A DNA stretch of 64,000 bases, from contig NW_027361698.1 of assembly GCF_039654945.1 (NCBI RefSeq), forward strand, positions 22,940,001-23,004,000, read 5' to 3'. How positions within the stretch are numbered: the first letter of the stretch is position 1; each line of letters begins with the position of its first letter. The notes below the pieces were generated by a model, which was not told the DNA's origin, did no database searches, and was given only the letters and a program-made list of their open reading frames with translations. Positions 27,814 through 41,296 of this stretch are shown here, one piece after another. The DNA is from Dendrobates tinctorius. Taxonomy: Eukaryota. The translations under genes and the position numbers were made by a program.

Positions 27814-29512
27814 TTAAAAAATTCCATCAAGACGAGTAGATATATCCAGTGCAGTGATTATCCATAGACTTTGGGACACCAGTCATCTAGGGAACCCTTT
27901 GTGCTATGTTTTTGTCTACAATGTGCTTTGCACCATTAGGTAGGCACAACATGTATTCCACTATATGCTTAGCATTTATATTTTGTTTTTCCCACTACAG
28001 ATCATTCAATTCTGACTCTTGGTTCATTTTAGTGCATTTACTATTTTAAACTTTCCAATTTACTTCTTATTAAAAGTTGGTATTGCTACCTTGGTCTACC
28101 ACCTGTGGTAGCACATGTGTAGTGCTTACAAGGTCTTTTCTATTGAACTTGTTAGCACTGTCACTGCACTAAAGCTGGCTGATTTGCTGGAGCGCAGTTA
28201 GCTCCCAGTATCGCCCAGCATCAGTGCAACTGCACTCCTCCAGTGATGCAGAAGTCAAGTGACCATCAGATGAATCATTGGATTAATTGCAAAGATTTAC
28301 CATTACAAAGTTACATTCCCTATAATTTTATTTCAATATAATTATCTCTTTTTACTAAACTTATACAGTGACACACAATATGTTTGATGCTTTTATGATT
28401 CTAGTTATTTCAAGTGTTTTTTGTGGGTCTAAATTTGGACACACACTTTTAGCAAGCTTTTGCTTAGGCATTTTTTCTGATGCTAAATTGTATAGAAAAA
28501 GATGACATAGATCTTGCTGCATTTTGAAAAACAAATGTATTGCATTTCATTTTTTCATGGCTAATGGTGTGCACTGCAGGAACCATGGTGGTATCCCTCA
28601 AAAGCATGGAACAAATTCTTATACGAAACATGGAAAACATGTTTACGAAACACAGAAATGTTTAAAAGAAAAACATAATCGGAATTATATTGTGCCATGA
28701 TTTGTTATGTGTAACTTTAATGTATTGGCTGTGTCTTATTTTAGCAATTTATGGATACATTGTACATTCACAGTCAAAAAGAACAACTGCATCGACAACT
28801 TTCAATAAGTCCTGACAGCTGACAATGCCAAGAAGCCACAGTCTTCTTTTGTCTTCTCCAGTCTTCTATATTGGGACTTACAGTCTGACAATAATAATCC
28901 TACATCATCCTAAAACCTTCATTGAAAAGGTTTGGATCATCTTCCTTGTGATGTTCCTGCTGCTGAATCAATTTATTGCTCATTGTCTGAATGTGTGTAG
29001 TATTTGTAAAGTATGATGATGCTCAACACATTCCATTCCAATTCTATAATATGTTAGGTATGCCCTGAGGTAAGAGATGGTGCAGTCAAATTTTATTTAA
29101 AAATATCAAATATTTCTGTATGTTGCATTGATTCAGGAAGATACCTTGTTATTTATTTTGCCTCTGCATTATTTCTGGCACATTTTCTTTTGAAATGATT
29201 GCCAATATATTAGCGACCAAAGTATTTGGCATCTATTGGGTGTTATATAGTTTTCACTGGGTGCATGTACAGTTCTTTTTCCAGTATGATGCTGACTAAT
29301 CATAAGCAGGGAGCAAAATACTAGAGAAAAAACAAGCCCATGGTAGCTTAGGCCCTATTCACCTGATACATCTCCTGTTAGCTCCTTAGTCTGTGCCAAG
29401 GAGAGGGGCAAAGGGTGTAATAGGGGTGTAATAAAGTTCAGACTGCACTGATAATACTAGCACTGCATTAGCTGTGCAGTATACGGAAGTACATGTGCCT
29501 GCCAGTCTAATT

Positions 29513-29916
29513 GTCCCGTTACATTTAGCGATGCACCAGCGATCCCGACAACGATACGACCCGGTCAGGATTGCTGGTGCATCGCTAAATGGTCGCTAGT
29601 GAGCTGCCAAACAGACATATCTCACTAACGATGCAGCGGCGGGCAGCGGTCGTTACTTACTTGTCAAACGCGGCGATGAATACGTCCTCATGCCCGCGTT
29701 CACGCGTTGCTCGTCGGCGGCTTCCTGCTGGGCTTCCTGTTGGCGCCGACGAGAAACGGCCCAGGAAATTTTCACGTGATCAACGATAGCCAGCGGGGGA
29801 GCCGGTCGGAGGTAAGTGTCACATATAGCGATATCGCTAGCAATATCGCTGCTGCGTCACAAAATCAGTGACGCTTTAGTGATATTGCTAGCGATATCTC
29901 TATGTGTGAAACCCCC
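29513..29916. mobile_element. Harbinger-type MITE (AGCGAT/ATCGCT-rich)
   Basis: Right end GTGTGAAACCCCC|TTA, a degenerate left TIR, repeated AGCGAT motifs and a central hairpin. Confidence 0.55.
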
Positions 29917-30005
29917 TTAAGTGTGAAGTTTAAATAATCCTTCACTATTCATTACACAACACAGTATTGTGGAGCCATTACCTGTAGACATAGCATTGGT
30001 GGATA

Positions 30006-30183
30006 TTTATTTATTTTACTCATTTATATAGCGCCATTAATTCCACAGCGCTTTACAGACATTATTAGCACTGTCCCCGATAGAGCTCATAATATAGATT
30101 CCCTATCAGTATGTCTTTGAAATGTGGGAGGAAACCAGAGAACCCAGAAGAAACCCACACAAACACGGGGAGAACATACAAAC
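30006..30183 (-). mobile_element. 5'-truncated tRNA-derived SINE (V-SINE-like)
   Basis: Colinear with 40925-41098; L2-type 3' tail GGCGCTATATAAAT. Confidence 0.75.
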
Positions 30184-30265
30184 TGTGTAGAGTGCTCTTA
30201 TAGCCAGTAGTATATGAGCAAACATTTATTCAGCGACATTATTTTGTAATAGCCTTATGGTTTTG

Positions 30266-30905
30266 GGATATTATGAGGTTCTGCTGGACCTGAGATGTAT
30301 TATAATGTTCTACATCAGTTGAGGTATGTATTATGAAGTTCTGTAGAAGCTGAGGTGTGTATTGTGAGGGTCTACACCACCTGAGATGTATACTATGAGG
30401 CACTACACCAAATTTGGTATGTAATATGATTTTCTGCAGCAGCTGAGGTGTGCATTATGAGGTTTTTCAGGAACTGAAGAATGTATTATGAGGTTCTGAA
30501 ACAGCTGGTGTGTATTATGATATTCTGCGGCAGCTGAGGTGTGTATTATGAGGATCTTTACCTCCTGAAATGTGTTTTATGAGGTTCTACTCCACCTGAG
30601 ATATATATTATGATGTTCTGCAGCTGCTGAGGTGTGTATTATGAGGTTCTGCATCAGCCTAGGTAAATTATGAGGTCTGCAGAAGCTGAGATGTATATTA
30701 CGTGGTTCTGTAGTAGCTGAGGTATGTATTATGAGGTTCTACAGGATCTAATGTAGATATTATTAAGTTCTGCAGTAGCTAGCTGAGATGTGTATTATGA
30801 GGTTGTGGAGCAACTGAAGTGTGCATTATGAGGTTATTAAGCAACTGAGGTGTGAATTGCGAGATTCTGAAGCAACTGTGATGTGTATTAAGAGGTTCTG
30901 CAACA
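30266..30905. repeat. ~30-bp minisatellite
   Basis: About 21 diverged copies of GCTGAGGTGTGTATTATGAGGTTCTGCAGCA. Confidence 0.9.
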
Positions 30906-31331
30906 GATTAGGACCCAAATTTATCAAGACAGGAGATTTTTTTAGTTGATGAGAGAGTGTGGCGGAGTCAGAGGCTCCTGATTCATGATTTGTATGCCTC
31001 TTTATAAATCTAGAGCATCTGATAAGTGGAGAACACCTCCGTGCGCTACGCCAGAAGTCTTACTCCACAAATCTTATGGGGGTGCGGTTCCTGCCACATC
31101 CCATTTCCGCCCCAGCTCTGCCCATTTTGCTAGAAATAGGAGAAAGTGAGGTGGAAATGCCAAAAGTTGCAACCCTGAGTTGTGGCAAAAGTTTGAAACT
31201 TTTTACAGCTTTTACAACACTTTTTGGTGAACTAGGTGTTTGTTATGATGGTATAGCTCTCAGTTATGCTGGGAGTATATTGTTTCTCTACTATGTTGCT
31301 GCCTGCTTATGATTTTATAATTGGTCAGCAT

Positions 31332-31778
31332 TAGAGTTGAGTGAAACAGGTCGGCCAGATTAATAAGTCGCTGACTTATGATAAAGTCGGGTTTCGCCGA
31401 CCAAAACCCGACCACAGCGTGTAGTCGGCCATGTGGTCAGCAAAATGAGCACCAAAGTCGGATATCCCAGAATGCTTGCACGTGACTTTTTTCAGCCACT
31501 GAGCAAGGACGTACACTGTGGGCAATGAGATGACATGTGCAGCGTCCGGGGAGAGAGAGAGAGTTTTCACGCACTTTAAAAAAGCGGTCTGGCATGTAGG
31601 TGTGTTTACTGTCCTCCACTCCCTGCTGACTTTGCTTCCCCATTGACTTGCATTGGGTTTCATGTTTCAGTCGGACCTTCAACTTTTCACGATAGTCGGC
31701 CGATTTCGTTTCTTTTGAGAAAGTCGGGTTTCATGAAACCCGACTCGACCCTAAAAAAGGCAAAGTCGCTCATCTCTA
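31332..31778. mobile_element. hAT MITE related to the element at 46461
   Basis: Perfect 8-bp TSD GTCAGCAT; TIR TAGAGTTGAGTGA / TCGCTCATCTCTA; subterminal AAAGTCGGGTTTC repeats shared with 46461-46580. Confidence 0.9.
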
Positions 31779-32005
31779 GTCAGCATCATACTGGGAGAAG
31801 AATTATACTCTCACAGTGAAAACTTTATGGTAATATCCACTTTGACTTAAAAAAAAATAATTAATTTGTTTGGTGTGAAGTATTTGACAATTAATATCTC
31901 TACAATGGAGAGGTAACATTTAAAAATAACAAAAACATTTTATTCTACTCTGCAGCCACTAATATATCATGTGCCCAGTTCAAGATGAATGGTATTCCTC
32001 AGTAA

Positions 32006-32339
32006 GGGTATGTGCACACGTTGCGGATTTGGCCCTGCAGATCCGCAGCAGTTCCGCAGCCATTGTACAGTACAATGCAAAGCAATGGATTTCAAAACCG
32101 CAGTGCACATGCTGCAGATTTTTCCGCACGGATTTGCTGTGGTTTTAAATCCGCAGCATGTCAATTCTTTCAGTGGATTCTGCAGCGGTTTGACACCTGT
32201 TCCATTGTTCAGGTGTCAATCTGCTGGGGAAAACCACAGGCAAATCTGCAGATAAACCACAGGTCACTTTACCTGCGGTTTTACCTGCAAATCCGAGCGT
32301 AAAAATCCACAGCTGAATCCGCACTGTGTGCACTCACCC
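32006..32339. mobile_element. Harbinger-type MITE (same family as 26035)
   Basis: TAA TSD; TIR GGGTATGTGCACAC / GTGTGCACTCACCC. Confidence 0.85.
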
Positions 32340-32599
32340 TAAGTCCTCTAACCTTGGCGGATTGATTGTTTCCGTGGCATGGACGTTTGGTTGAAACAAT
32401 TTACAATTGTACAATTTATTCACTTTATATTCTCTGGAAATCATTTTTTGGGCTACTTGTATTATGCTTGACACTAAGTATTTGTAGTTTACAGCCTGCC
32501 TGAATGTTATGGCTTATACTCTGCTCTACCTCTCCAGCATCTCTTCTACCTATTTATACTAGGACCCATAGCTCTTACTTGCTCATCCCCTTTCTCCAA

Positions 32600-33130
32600 A
32601 TATAACAATACTCATTTTAAACCAAAAAGCTTTAATTTGTTCTCATCTAGTCACGAAAAATTGTTTCAATAGCTTTTGACTTTTCCAGGAAATTTTTAGC
32701 AAACTGCACATAGCAGTAAAGTACTTCAGATTGTGGACTCATGAACAATACCTTTAGCTAATGTGAGAGAATCCTTTACATAATTAGAGGTAGCCTTGAT
32801 GACCTTTGTGACCTCCAGACTATTATACCGTTGCTCTTGGAATGACAGTGGATTGGTTGAGTCCAAAATCTTTAGCATCAATTTTATAAACTTTAACAGC
32901 CTGATGAACATCAATAACTCTTATTCTGAGGTCCTCAGATATCCTTTTTGCTCAGGGATAAATAATATTACGGGTCACCCACTCACTCTTGATTATTATT
33001 CCATTGATTGAAAACAACAAACTCTAATTTCACTTAAAGAATCACATACTTTCCCACTGAGACATGTGATATTTTATCTTTTTCCTCACTAAAAAATTGA
33101 CAAAGTTTAAAGTTTTTGACTCATTTGTTT
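32600..33130 (-). mobile_element. Old Tc1 5' remnant
   Basis: Minus strand ISEDLRIRVIDVHQAVKVYKIDAKDFGLNQSTV matches the Tc1 N-terminal HTH; contains stops and deletions. Confidence 0.6.
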
Positions 33131-35347
33131 GATGTGTTCTTCTGGTTACACGGCGCAACTTCTGACTGACCGGAAGTCAAGGCTAACAAGTTATCAATGT
33201 GATTCTATGAGAACCTTATTCTGGCCTCATTCTGGCTCTCATAGAAGTACATTGAGCAGTGACCTCTGACTCAACATGCAAACAGTGGGGCAATCCGGCA
33301 AGGTCACAACCTGCAGAAGATGATCAGAGCAGCGCAGATTACAGAAGAAGTAAGAACTGGTAAGTATATTACAAGGGGCAGGGAACTTACATTAGTGACA
33401 CCACTCCAGCTACAAAATAAAAAAAATGCTAGAGTGATGCTTTAACGATGTTTATTAATTTACTAAATAAATAAACATTTAGTAAATGAATACATGAGCA
33501 AGGGAAACATTCGAGTTTACAAGCTTTCTTTATGTAATAAAAATACAAACCATAGAACTTGTGGTAATTTGAGTAACTGAACACACTTTGTGAAATGAAT
33601 GTATAAGTTACAGAGGACAAGAGCCTTTGCATGTTTTTGTTTCTATTTAGTGAGTTATATATCGCCTGTGTTACATATAAAATACAAGAAATCCAACCCT
33701 ACTTCACAGGAAATTTTTCCAAGACTTCTATCTTGAGCAACAGCTGTCAGACAGAGTCCATATAACACATTACATGTACAGTAAATTAGATGAAATTGAG
33801 AATAATTACCTTGCTGCAGAATCCAACATACTCTAAAATAAATTTGAGAATAAAAGTGCATACATCACGTGTCATAGTTAAGCTGACTACAGCATACTCA
33901 AAACATAGCATCACATTAACCCCTTACCTACAATGGACGTAATATTCCGTCCATGTGACCCTGGACCTAACTACCATGGACGGAATATTACGTGGTGAGC
34001 GCCGCTGATCGCGGCCGGGTGTCAGCTGATTATCACAGCTGACACCCCGCACAATGTGTCAGGGGCGGTCACGGACCGCCCCCGACATGTTAACCCCTTG
34101 TACACCGCGATCAAACGCGATCGCGGTGTACCGGGGGTTAAAGGGAAGCTTTTCCAGGGAGGGGGCTCCCTCCTTGCTTCCCTGAGCCCCCCACGGCAGC
34201 GCAATGTGCAGCGCTGCTGCGGGGGGCTCTTTCCCTACAGGCCCCCGGATCCAAGATGGCGACGGGGGCCTGCAGGGAGCTGACTTCCTCACTGCCTGCA
34301 AAGCGCAGGCATGAGGAAGTCTGCAGCAGTGCCTGTGACAGATCGCTGATCTGTCACAGTGATCGTGATGTGACAGATCAGCGATCTGTCACAGGACAGT
34401 GATGTCCCACCTGGGACAAGGTAATAAAGTAAAAAAAAAAAAAGTGTTAAAAATAATTTTAAAAAAATCGCTAAATAAATTAGTAAAAAAAAAAAAATAT
34501 TCCCCAATAAATCCATTTTTTCAAAATAAAAAGAAACAAAAACAACAAAAGTACACATATTTGGTATTGCCGCATCCGTAGCGACCCGCCCTATCAAACT
34601 GTCCCATTATTTAACCCCTTTAGCGAACCCCTTAAAAAATAAAAATAAAAAACGAAGCAAAAAATAATGATTTATTATCATACCACCGAACAAAAAGTGC
34701 AATAACGCGAGATCAAAAAGACGCATATAAATATCCATGGCACCGCTGAAAATGTCATCTTGTCCCGAAAAAACGAGCCACCATACAGCGTCATCCGCAA
34801 AAAAATAAAAAAGTTATAGCTCGCAGAATAAAGCGATACAAAAATAATTATTTTTTATATAAAATTGTTTTCATTGCAAAAAACCGAAAAAACATAAAAA
34901 AACGACCTAAATGATGTATCGCTGTAACCGTACCGACCCGAAGAATAAAACCGCTTTATCAATTTTACCGCACGCGGAACGGTGTAAACGCACCCCCCAA
35001 AAGAAGTTCATGAAACACTGGTTTTTGTTCATTCTGCGTCCCAAAAATTGGAATAAAAAGCGATCAAAACATGTCACGTGCCCGAAAATGGTGCCAATGA
35101 AAACATCAACTCGTCCCGCAAAAAATAAGACCTCACATGACTCAGTGGGTCAAAATACGGAAAAATTATAGCTCACAATATGTGGTGATGCAAAAACTAT
35201 TTTTACAATAAAAAGCGTCTTTTAGCGTCTGACAGCTGCCAAACATAAAAACCGCCATAAATAGTAAATCAAACCCCCCGTTATCACCTCCTTAGTTAGG
35301 GAAAAATAATAAAACTAAAAGAAAATGTATTTATTTCCATTTTCCCG

Positions 35348-35491
35348 CTAGGGTTAGGGTTAGGGTAGGGTTAGGGCTAGGGTTAGGGTTAGGGCTAGGG
35401 TTAGGGTTAGGGTTAGGGCTAGGGTTAGGGCTAGGGTTAGGGCTAGGGCTCAGATTAGGGTTAGGGGTGTGTTGGGGTTAGGGTTGGAGTT
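35348..35491 (+). repeat. Interstitial telomere-like (TTAGGG/CTAGGG)n tract
   Basis: About 20 hexamers read directly. Confidence 0.95.
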
Positions 35492-35494
35492 ATA

Positions 35495-37670
35495 ATTGGG
35501 GGGTTTCCACTGTTTGGGCACATCAGGTGCTCTCCAAAGGCAACATGGCGTCTGATCTCAATTCCAGCCAATTCTGCGTTGAAAAAGTCAAATGGTGCTC
35601 CTTCCCTTCCAAGCTCTGCCATGCGCCCAAACAGTGTTTTACCCCCACATGTAGGGTATCAGCCTACTCAGGACAAATTACAAAACAACTTTTGGGGTCC
35701 AATTTCTCCTGTTACCCTTAGGAAAATAAAAAATTGGGGGCAAAAATATAATTTTGCGGAAAAAAATGTTTTTTTTATTTTCATGCCCAGGCGTAATAAA
35801 CTTCTGTGAAGCACTTGGGGGTTCAAAGTGCTCTCCACACATCTAGATAAGTTCCTTGGGGGGGTCTAGTTTCCAAAATGGGGTCACTTGTGGGGAGTTT
35901 CAATAGTTTAGGTACATCAGGGGATCTCCAAACGCACATGACACCCGCAGACCAATCCATCAAAGTCTGCATTCCAAAACGTCACTACTTCCCTTCCGAG
36001 CCCCGACGTGTGCCCATACAGTAGTTTTCTCCCACATATTAGGTATCAGCGTACTCAGGACAAATTGGACAACAACTTTTGGGGTCCAATTTCTCCTGTT
36101 ACCCTTGGGAAAATAAAAAAAATGGGGACTAAAAGATGATGTTTGTTGAAAAAATGCGATATTTTTATTTTCACGCACGGGCGTTATAAACTTCTGTGAA
36201 GCACTGGGGGGTTCAAAGTGCTCACCACACATCTAGATAAGTTCATTAGTGGGTCTAGTTTCCAAAATGGGGTCACTTGTGGGGGGTTTCCACTGTTTAG
36301 GTACATCAGGGGCTCTCCAAAAGCAACATGACACCCGCAGACCATGCCATCAAAGTCTGCATTCCAAAACGTCACTACTTCCCTTCCGAGCCCCGACGTG
36401 TGCCCATACAGTAGTTTTCTACCACATATGAGGTATCAGCGTACTCAGGACAAATTGGACAACAACTTTTGGGGTCTAATTTCTCCTGTTACCCTTGGGA
36501 AAATAAAAAAATTGGAGACTAATTGATCATGTTTGTGGAAAAAATACGATTTTTTTATTTTCATGCCCTGGCATTATAAACTTCTGTGAAGCCCTTGGGG
36601 GTTCAAAGTGCTCACCACACATCTAGATAAGTTCCTCAGGGGGTCTAGTTTCCAAAATGGGGTCATTTGTGGGGGGTTTCCACTGTTTAGGTACATTAGG
36701 GGCTCTCCAAAGGCAACATGACACCCGCAGACCATTCCATCAAAGTCTGCATTCCAAAACGTCACTACTTCCCTTCCGAGCCCCGACGTGTCCCCATACA
36801 GTAGTTTTCTCCCACATATGGGGTGTCAGCGTACTCAGGACAAATTGGACAACAACTTTTGGGGTCCAATTTCTCCTGTTACCCTTGGGAAAATAAAAAA
36901 AATGGGGACTAAAAGATGATGTTTGTGGAAAAAATACGATTTTTTTATTTTCACGCCCGGACGTTATAAACTTCAGTGAAGCACTGGGGGGTTCAAAGTG
37001 CTCACCACACATCTAGATAAGTTCCTTGGGGGGTCTAGTTTCCAAAATGGTGTCATTTGTGGGGGGTTTCCACTGTTTTGGTACATCAGGGGTTTTCCAA
37101 TCGCGACATGGTGTCCGATCTCAATTCCAGCCAAAAACGTCAAATGGCGCTGCTTCCCTTCCGAGCTCTGCCATGCGCCCAAATAGTGGTTTACACCCAC
37201 ATGTGGGGTATCAGCGCACTCAGGATAAATTGCACAATATCTTTTAGGGTCCTGTTACTTTTTGAAAAATAAGAATTGAGGGTGAAAAGATCATTTTTGT
37301 GGAAAAAATATGATTTTTTAATTGTACCGCTGTACGTTATAAACTTCTGTGAAGCCCTTGGGGGTTCAAAGTTCTCACCACACATCTAGATAAGTTCCTT
37401 AGGGGGGTCTAGATTCCAAAATGGTGTCACTTGGGGGGGTTTCCACTGTTTAGGTACATCAGGGGCTCTCCAAACGCGACATGGCGTCCGATCTGAATTC
37501 CAGCCAATTTTGCATTGAAAACGTCAAACGGCGCTCCTTCCCTACTGAGGTCTGCCATGCGCCGAAACAGTGGTTCCCCCCACATATTAGGTATCAGCGT
37601 ACTCAGGACAAATTGCAAAATAACTTTTGCAGTCCAATTTCTCCTGTTACCCTTGGTAAAATAAAGAAAA
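35495..37670. repeat. ~390-bp tandem array (about 5.5 units)
   Basis: Anchor CACATCTAGATAAGTTC at ~35838, 36228, 36618, 37008 and 37381. Confidence 0.92.
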
Positions 37671-39342
37671 TTGAACCTGAAGTATTTTTTTTTAATATTC
37701 AAAAAATTCCTGTGACGCACCTAAAGGGTTAATAAACTTCTTGAATGTGGTTTTAAGCACCTTAAGGGGTGCAGTTTTTAGAATGGTGTCACTTTTGGGT
37801 ATTTTCTATCATATGGACCCCTCAAAGTGGCTTCAAATGTGATGTGGTCCCTAAAAATAAAATGGTGTTGCAAAAATGAGAAATCGCTGGTCAATTTTTA
37901 ACCCTTATAACTTCCTAACAAAAAAAAATTTTGGTTTCAAAATTGTGCTGATGTAAAGTAAACATGTGGGAAATGTTATGTATTAAGTTTTTTGTGTGCC
38001 GTATCGCTGTGATTTAAGGGCATAAAAATTCAAAGTTGGAAAATTGCGAAATTTTCAAAATTTTCGCCAAATTTCCGTTTTTTTCACAAATAAACGCAAG
38101 TTATTTGAATGCAATTTTACCACTAACATGAAGTAAAATATGTCACGAGAAAACAATGTCAGAATCACCGGGATCCATGGAAGCGTTCCAGAGTTATGAC
38201 CTCATAAAGGTACAGTGGTCAGAATTGTAAAAATTGGCCCGGGAGTTAACGTGCAAACCACCCTTGGTAGTGAAGGGGTTAAACTTTAGAACCACAACCC
38301 AAACTCCAGGGAACGCCAGGCGGCAATACAACAAAGAAAGCTAACCTGTTTTAAAAAAAAAAAGATATATACGGTATAGCTTTTATATACAGTATTTTCC
38401 TCCACTGACTGCATTTGAAAGTCTTTAGAGTGAAAAAACAAAAATTTCTGGCACAGATCCATTTTAGGGACTGATGTTAGTGTAGCACTATATCCTTGAG
38501 AAAAAACTTAAAACATGATTTTAAAGTCTATCTCCAGAACATTTTTACTTCGATAATGCAGTGACAAACCACTAATTGCAGCAGACCAGGCTATGGACCC
38601 CATGAGTCGGGCGACAGTGCCGGATCTTGGGCCCCCCACTCACACATCACACTTTCAACACTATCTTCATGCTGAATGCAGATACACAGTAGTTGAATAC
38701 AATGATGACACAAGAAGATGTTTATTCCCAGGACTGCAAATTATTCATTTTCCACAGGATAAGTGGGTATTTCACCAATGGGCCCCCTACTTAACCCAAA
38801 AAGGGTCGGAAATGGCCCATCTCAATGGAGGTGCTAGCCCTGTTCTGGGTGTTTGATCAATAGGACCCCCCTCATCATCAAGTTGTCAACTGCCCACAGG
38901 ATAACTTGCACTGTTGGGGATAACCTTTTAACTGTTTCCTGACCCATGATATAATTTTCAATTACAACAAAATGACATGATAGTATGTCTTAATGACACT
39001 AGCTGTACCTATGTGATCAGTTACAGGAGATGGACTGCAGCTGAGATAACTATGATCATGGCTGTTTAACCTCTTACATGCTAATTTAAATTTTATTTAC
39101 TGTAAGCCATTGCACCCCCCAATACATGATTAACACAATCCTGCATGATGGTCAGATTATTATGACCTGCAAAGTGTAGTTAGCATGTGTACCTTACATA
39201 AACACCATAAAAAAGAACAAATAAAACACTAAGTATTGCATAAATATGTTTGTTTTCCATACTTCTCCCCCATAAAAGAATAAAAATAAGTAAAGAAAAA
39301 ATAAATAAATGTAATCAAGTTACATATAGCCCAAGCAAAGAT

Positions 39343-39963
39343 TTGTGTGCTATGGATGTAACAGAGTAGGTGTGCTATAAATATAGCAAAACTGTGTGTG
39401 TGTAATATGGTTGTAGCAGAACTGTGTACGCACTATGGAAGTAGCAGAGCTGAATTTGTGTAGTACAGATGTAGTTTGGCTGTATAAGTGTATTATCTGT
39501 TAGCAGATCTACTGTATGTGTGCACTATGGATGTAGCAGAGCTGAATGAGTGTAGCATATTATTATTATTATTATGCATTTATATAGCGCCATTTATTCC
39601 ATGGCGTTTTACAGGGAAAAGGGGAAATATAGACAAGTATAATAAACATGTGCAAGACAAGGGACACACAAGTACAGAAGGAGAGGGGACCCTGCCCGCG
39701 AGGGCTCACAGTCTACAGGGATGGGTGAGGATACAGTAGGAGAGGGTAGAGCAGGTCGTGCTGTGGTTCAGTAGACCGAGGATCATTACAGCATAGATGT
39801 ATTATAGCTGTATAAGTGTATTATGTTGTATGTAGCAGAGCTGTGTGTGTACTATGGATTTAGGTGACCTGTGTTTGTATTATGGCTGTAGTAGAAATGT
39901 GTGAGTGCATTCGAATATAGCAGAGCTGCATGAATGTACTGTGGAGATAGCAGAGCTGTGTGT
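39343..39963. repeat. Degenerate ~30-bp minisatellite interrupted by an L2-type 3' end (39558-39791, minus strand)
   Basis: Repeats of ATGGATGTAGCAGAGCTGTGTGTGTACT. The insert has a (TAT)n tail and ATTTATATAGCGCC. Confidence 0.65.
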
Positions 39964-40911
39964 GTAAAACCTTTATTCAGCAGGTAAGTGAGTACTTGCA
40001 CACTATACTCTGCTTATATCATCTACTGAACACGCCCTATGTACGTGTCCTTTGACATATACCATACCAGAATGTTCGTATGGTCAGTGGAATACCGCTA
40101 ATAAAGGCGGACCAAGCAGCTGTTGAATTTCCCCGCCCAATTACTGGCATCCACCTATTTTTGCAAAACTGGTCTTGATTACCAAGTCATGCCAATAAGC
40201 TGCTGAACCTTTTGACATTTCCATACCACTTCTTCTACGCGCCATTACCCTGATGACTTTTTTTTTAAGGGGGAGAGTGTCCAATTTGGACTTTGCTTTG
40301 AGGCTCCTTGATACCATTTACTTTTAGAATGAAATGAAGTGAAATAGGGTCTATGGTTGATTTTAATGTTCATAATGTCATAATGAGGTTTCTCTGTTGC
40401 ATAGAATCCTTACAAGTCGTTCTAGTGCTCATGCTGGGAATATTCTTCTTAGGTTTAGCAGACCTTGGTGATTTAAAACTCACAATTCACTGTACACATT
40501 ACTCATGCTATCTCTCATTCCCCAAACCAGCTCTTATCTTCAAAATATGTCAAGATTAAATTGTTTATGTGTTGTCTAAACAAGCTCCCTGCTCTATTCT
40601 CAGACTTTTCCCTCACCGCACACTGAATTACACACTCCAGGACTATTCTCTACACAAACCCACTGCATGACACATCATTAATATGTCAGGCTTCTGTAAA
40701 GACACAGTTTCTGGGAGATTTTCAACAACATTGTGAGAAATCACAGCTACTGTATATGGACATTTCCAAATCCTTTGCCTGGTTATTATTTAAGGTAAGC
40801 ACATGGTTTAATCAAATGTGCAAATTGTAAGAACTAGTAGGACTGGTAAACTCTCACAAAAGAAATAGGTTGATGGTTGGGCATTTGTCTGGTAAACAAT
40901 CATATCAATAC

Positions 40912-41182
40912 TAATAATAATCTTCATTTATATAGCGCCAACAAATTCCGCAGCGCTTTACAGTTTTGCACACATTATCATTGCTGTCCCTGATGGGGCT
41001 CACAATCTAATTTCCCTATCAGTATGTGTTTGGAAAGTGGGAGGAAACTTGATAACCTGGAGGAAACCCCATGCAAACACAGGGAGAACATACAAACTCC
41101 TGGCGGATGTTGTCCTTGGTGTGATATGAATCCGGGACTCCAGCGCTGCAAGGCTGCAGTGCTAACCACTGAGCCACCGTGC
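40912..41182 (-). mobile_element. Full-length tRNA-derived SINE (V-SINE-like)
   Basis: Minus-strand 5' end GCACGGTGGCTCAGTGGTTAGCACTG (A box), degenerate B box GGATTCATATC, central GTTTGTATGTTCTCCCTGTG, and an L2-like tail with (TAT)n. Confidence 0.85.
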
Positions 41183-41296
41183 AATATAACTATACACAAT
41201 TATAGTTGTACAAAGTGCCAGTGTACAGTATGCTTAGTTAGAAAAGGCAAAGTGATATCCGTTGTAGGAGGAATGAATGTTGGTTAACCATGAAAA

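Larger units (their letters stand above)
33920..38278 (-). mobile_element. Complete 4.36-kb piggyBac-like non-autonomous element
   Basis: TTAA TSD (33916-33919, 38279-38282); imperfect TIR CCCCTTACCTAC / GTAGTGAAGGGG; no coding capacity; contains a TTAGGG tract and a 390-bp array. Confidence 0.85.

Noticed and set aside
35348-35491. TTAGGG tract as a chromosome end or fusion scar
   Set aside because: It is short, has a single orientation and sits at a fixed position inside a TSD-flanked element.
35527-37732. Many recurring 60-100 aa ORFs in the 390-bp arrays (also 2810-3870 and 54774-57045)
   Set aside because: They recur only because the DNA repeats; frames are inconsistent and no domain is recognisable.
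40590-40800. Candidate plus-strand exon (acceptor ~40603, donor AAG|GTAAGC ~40795)
   Set aside because: There are stops in all three frames, and the short ATG-to-donor peptide has no support.
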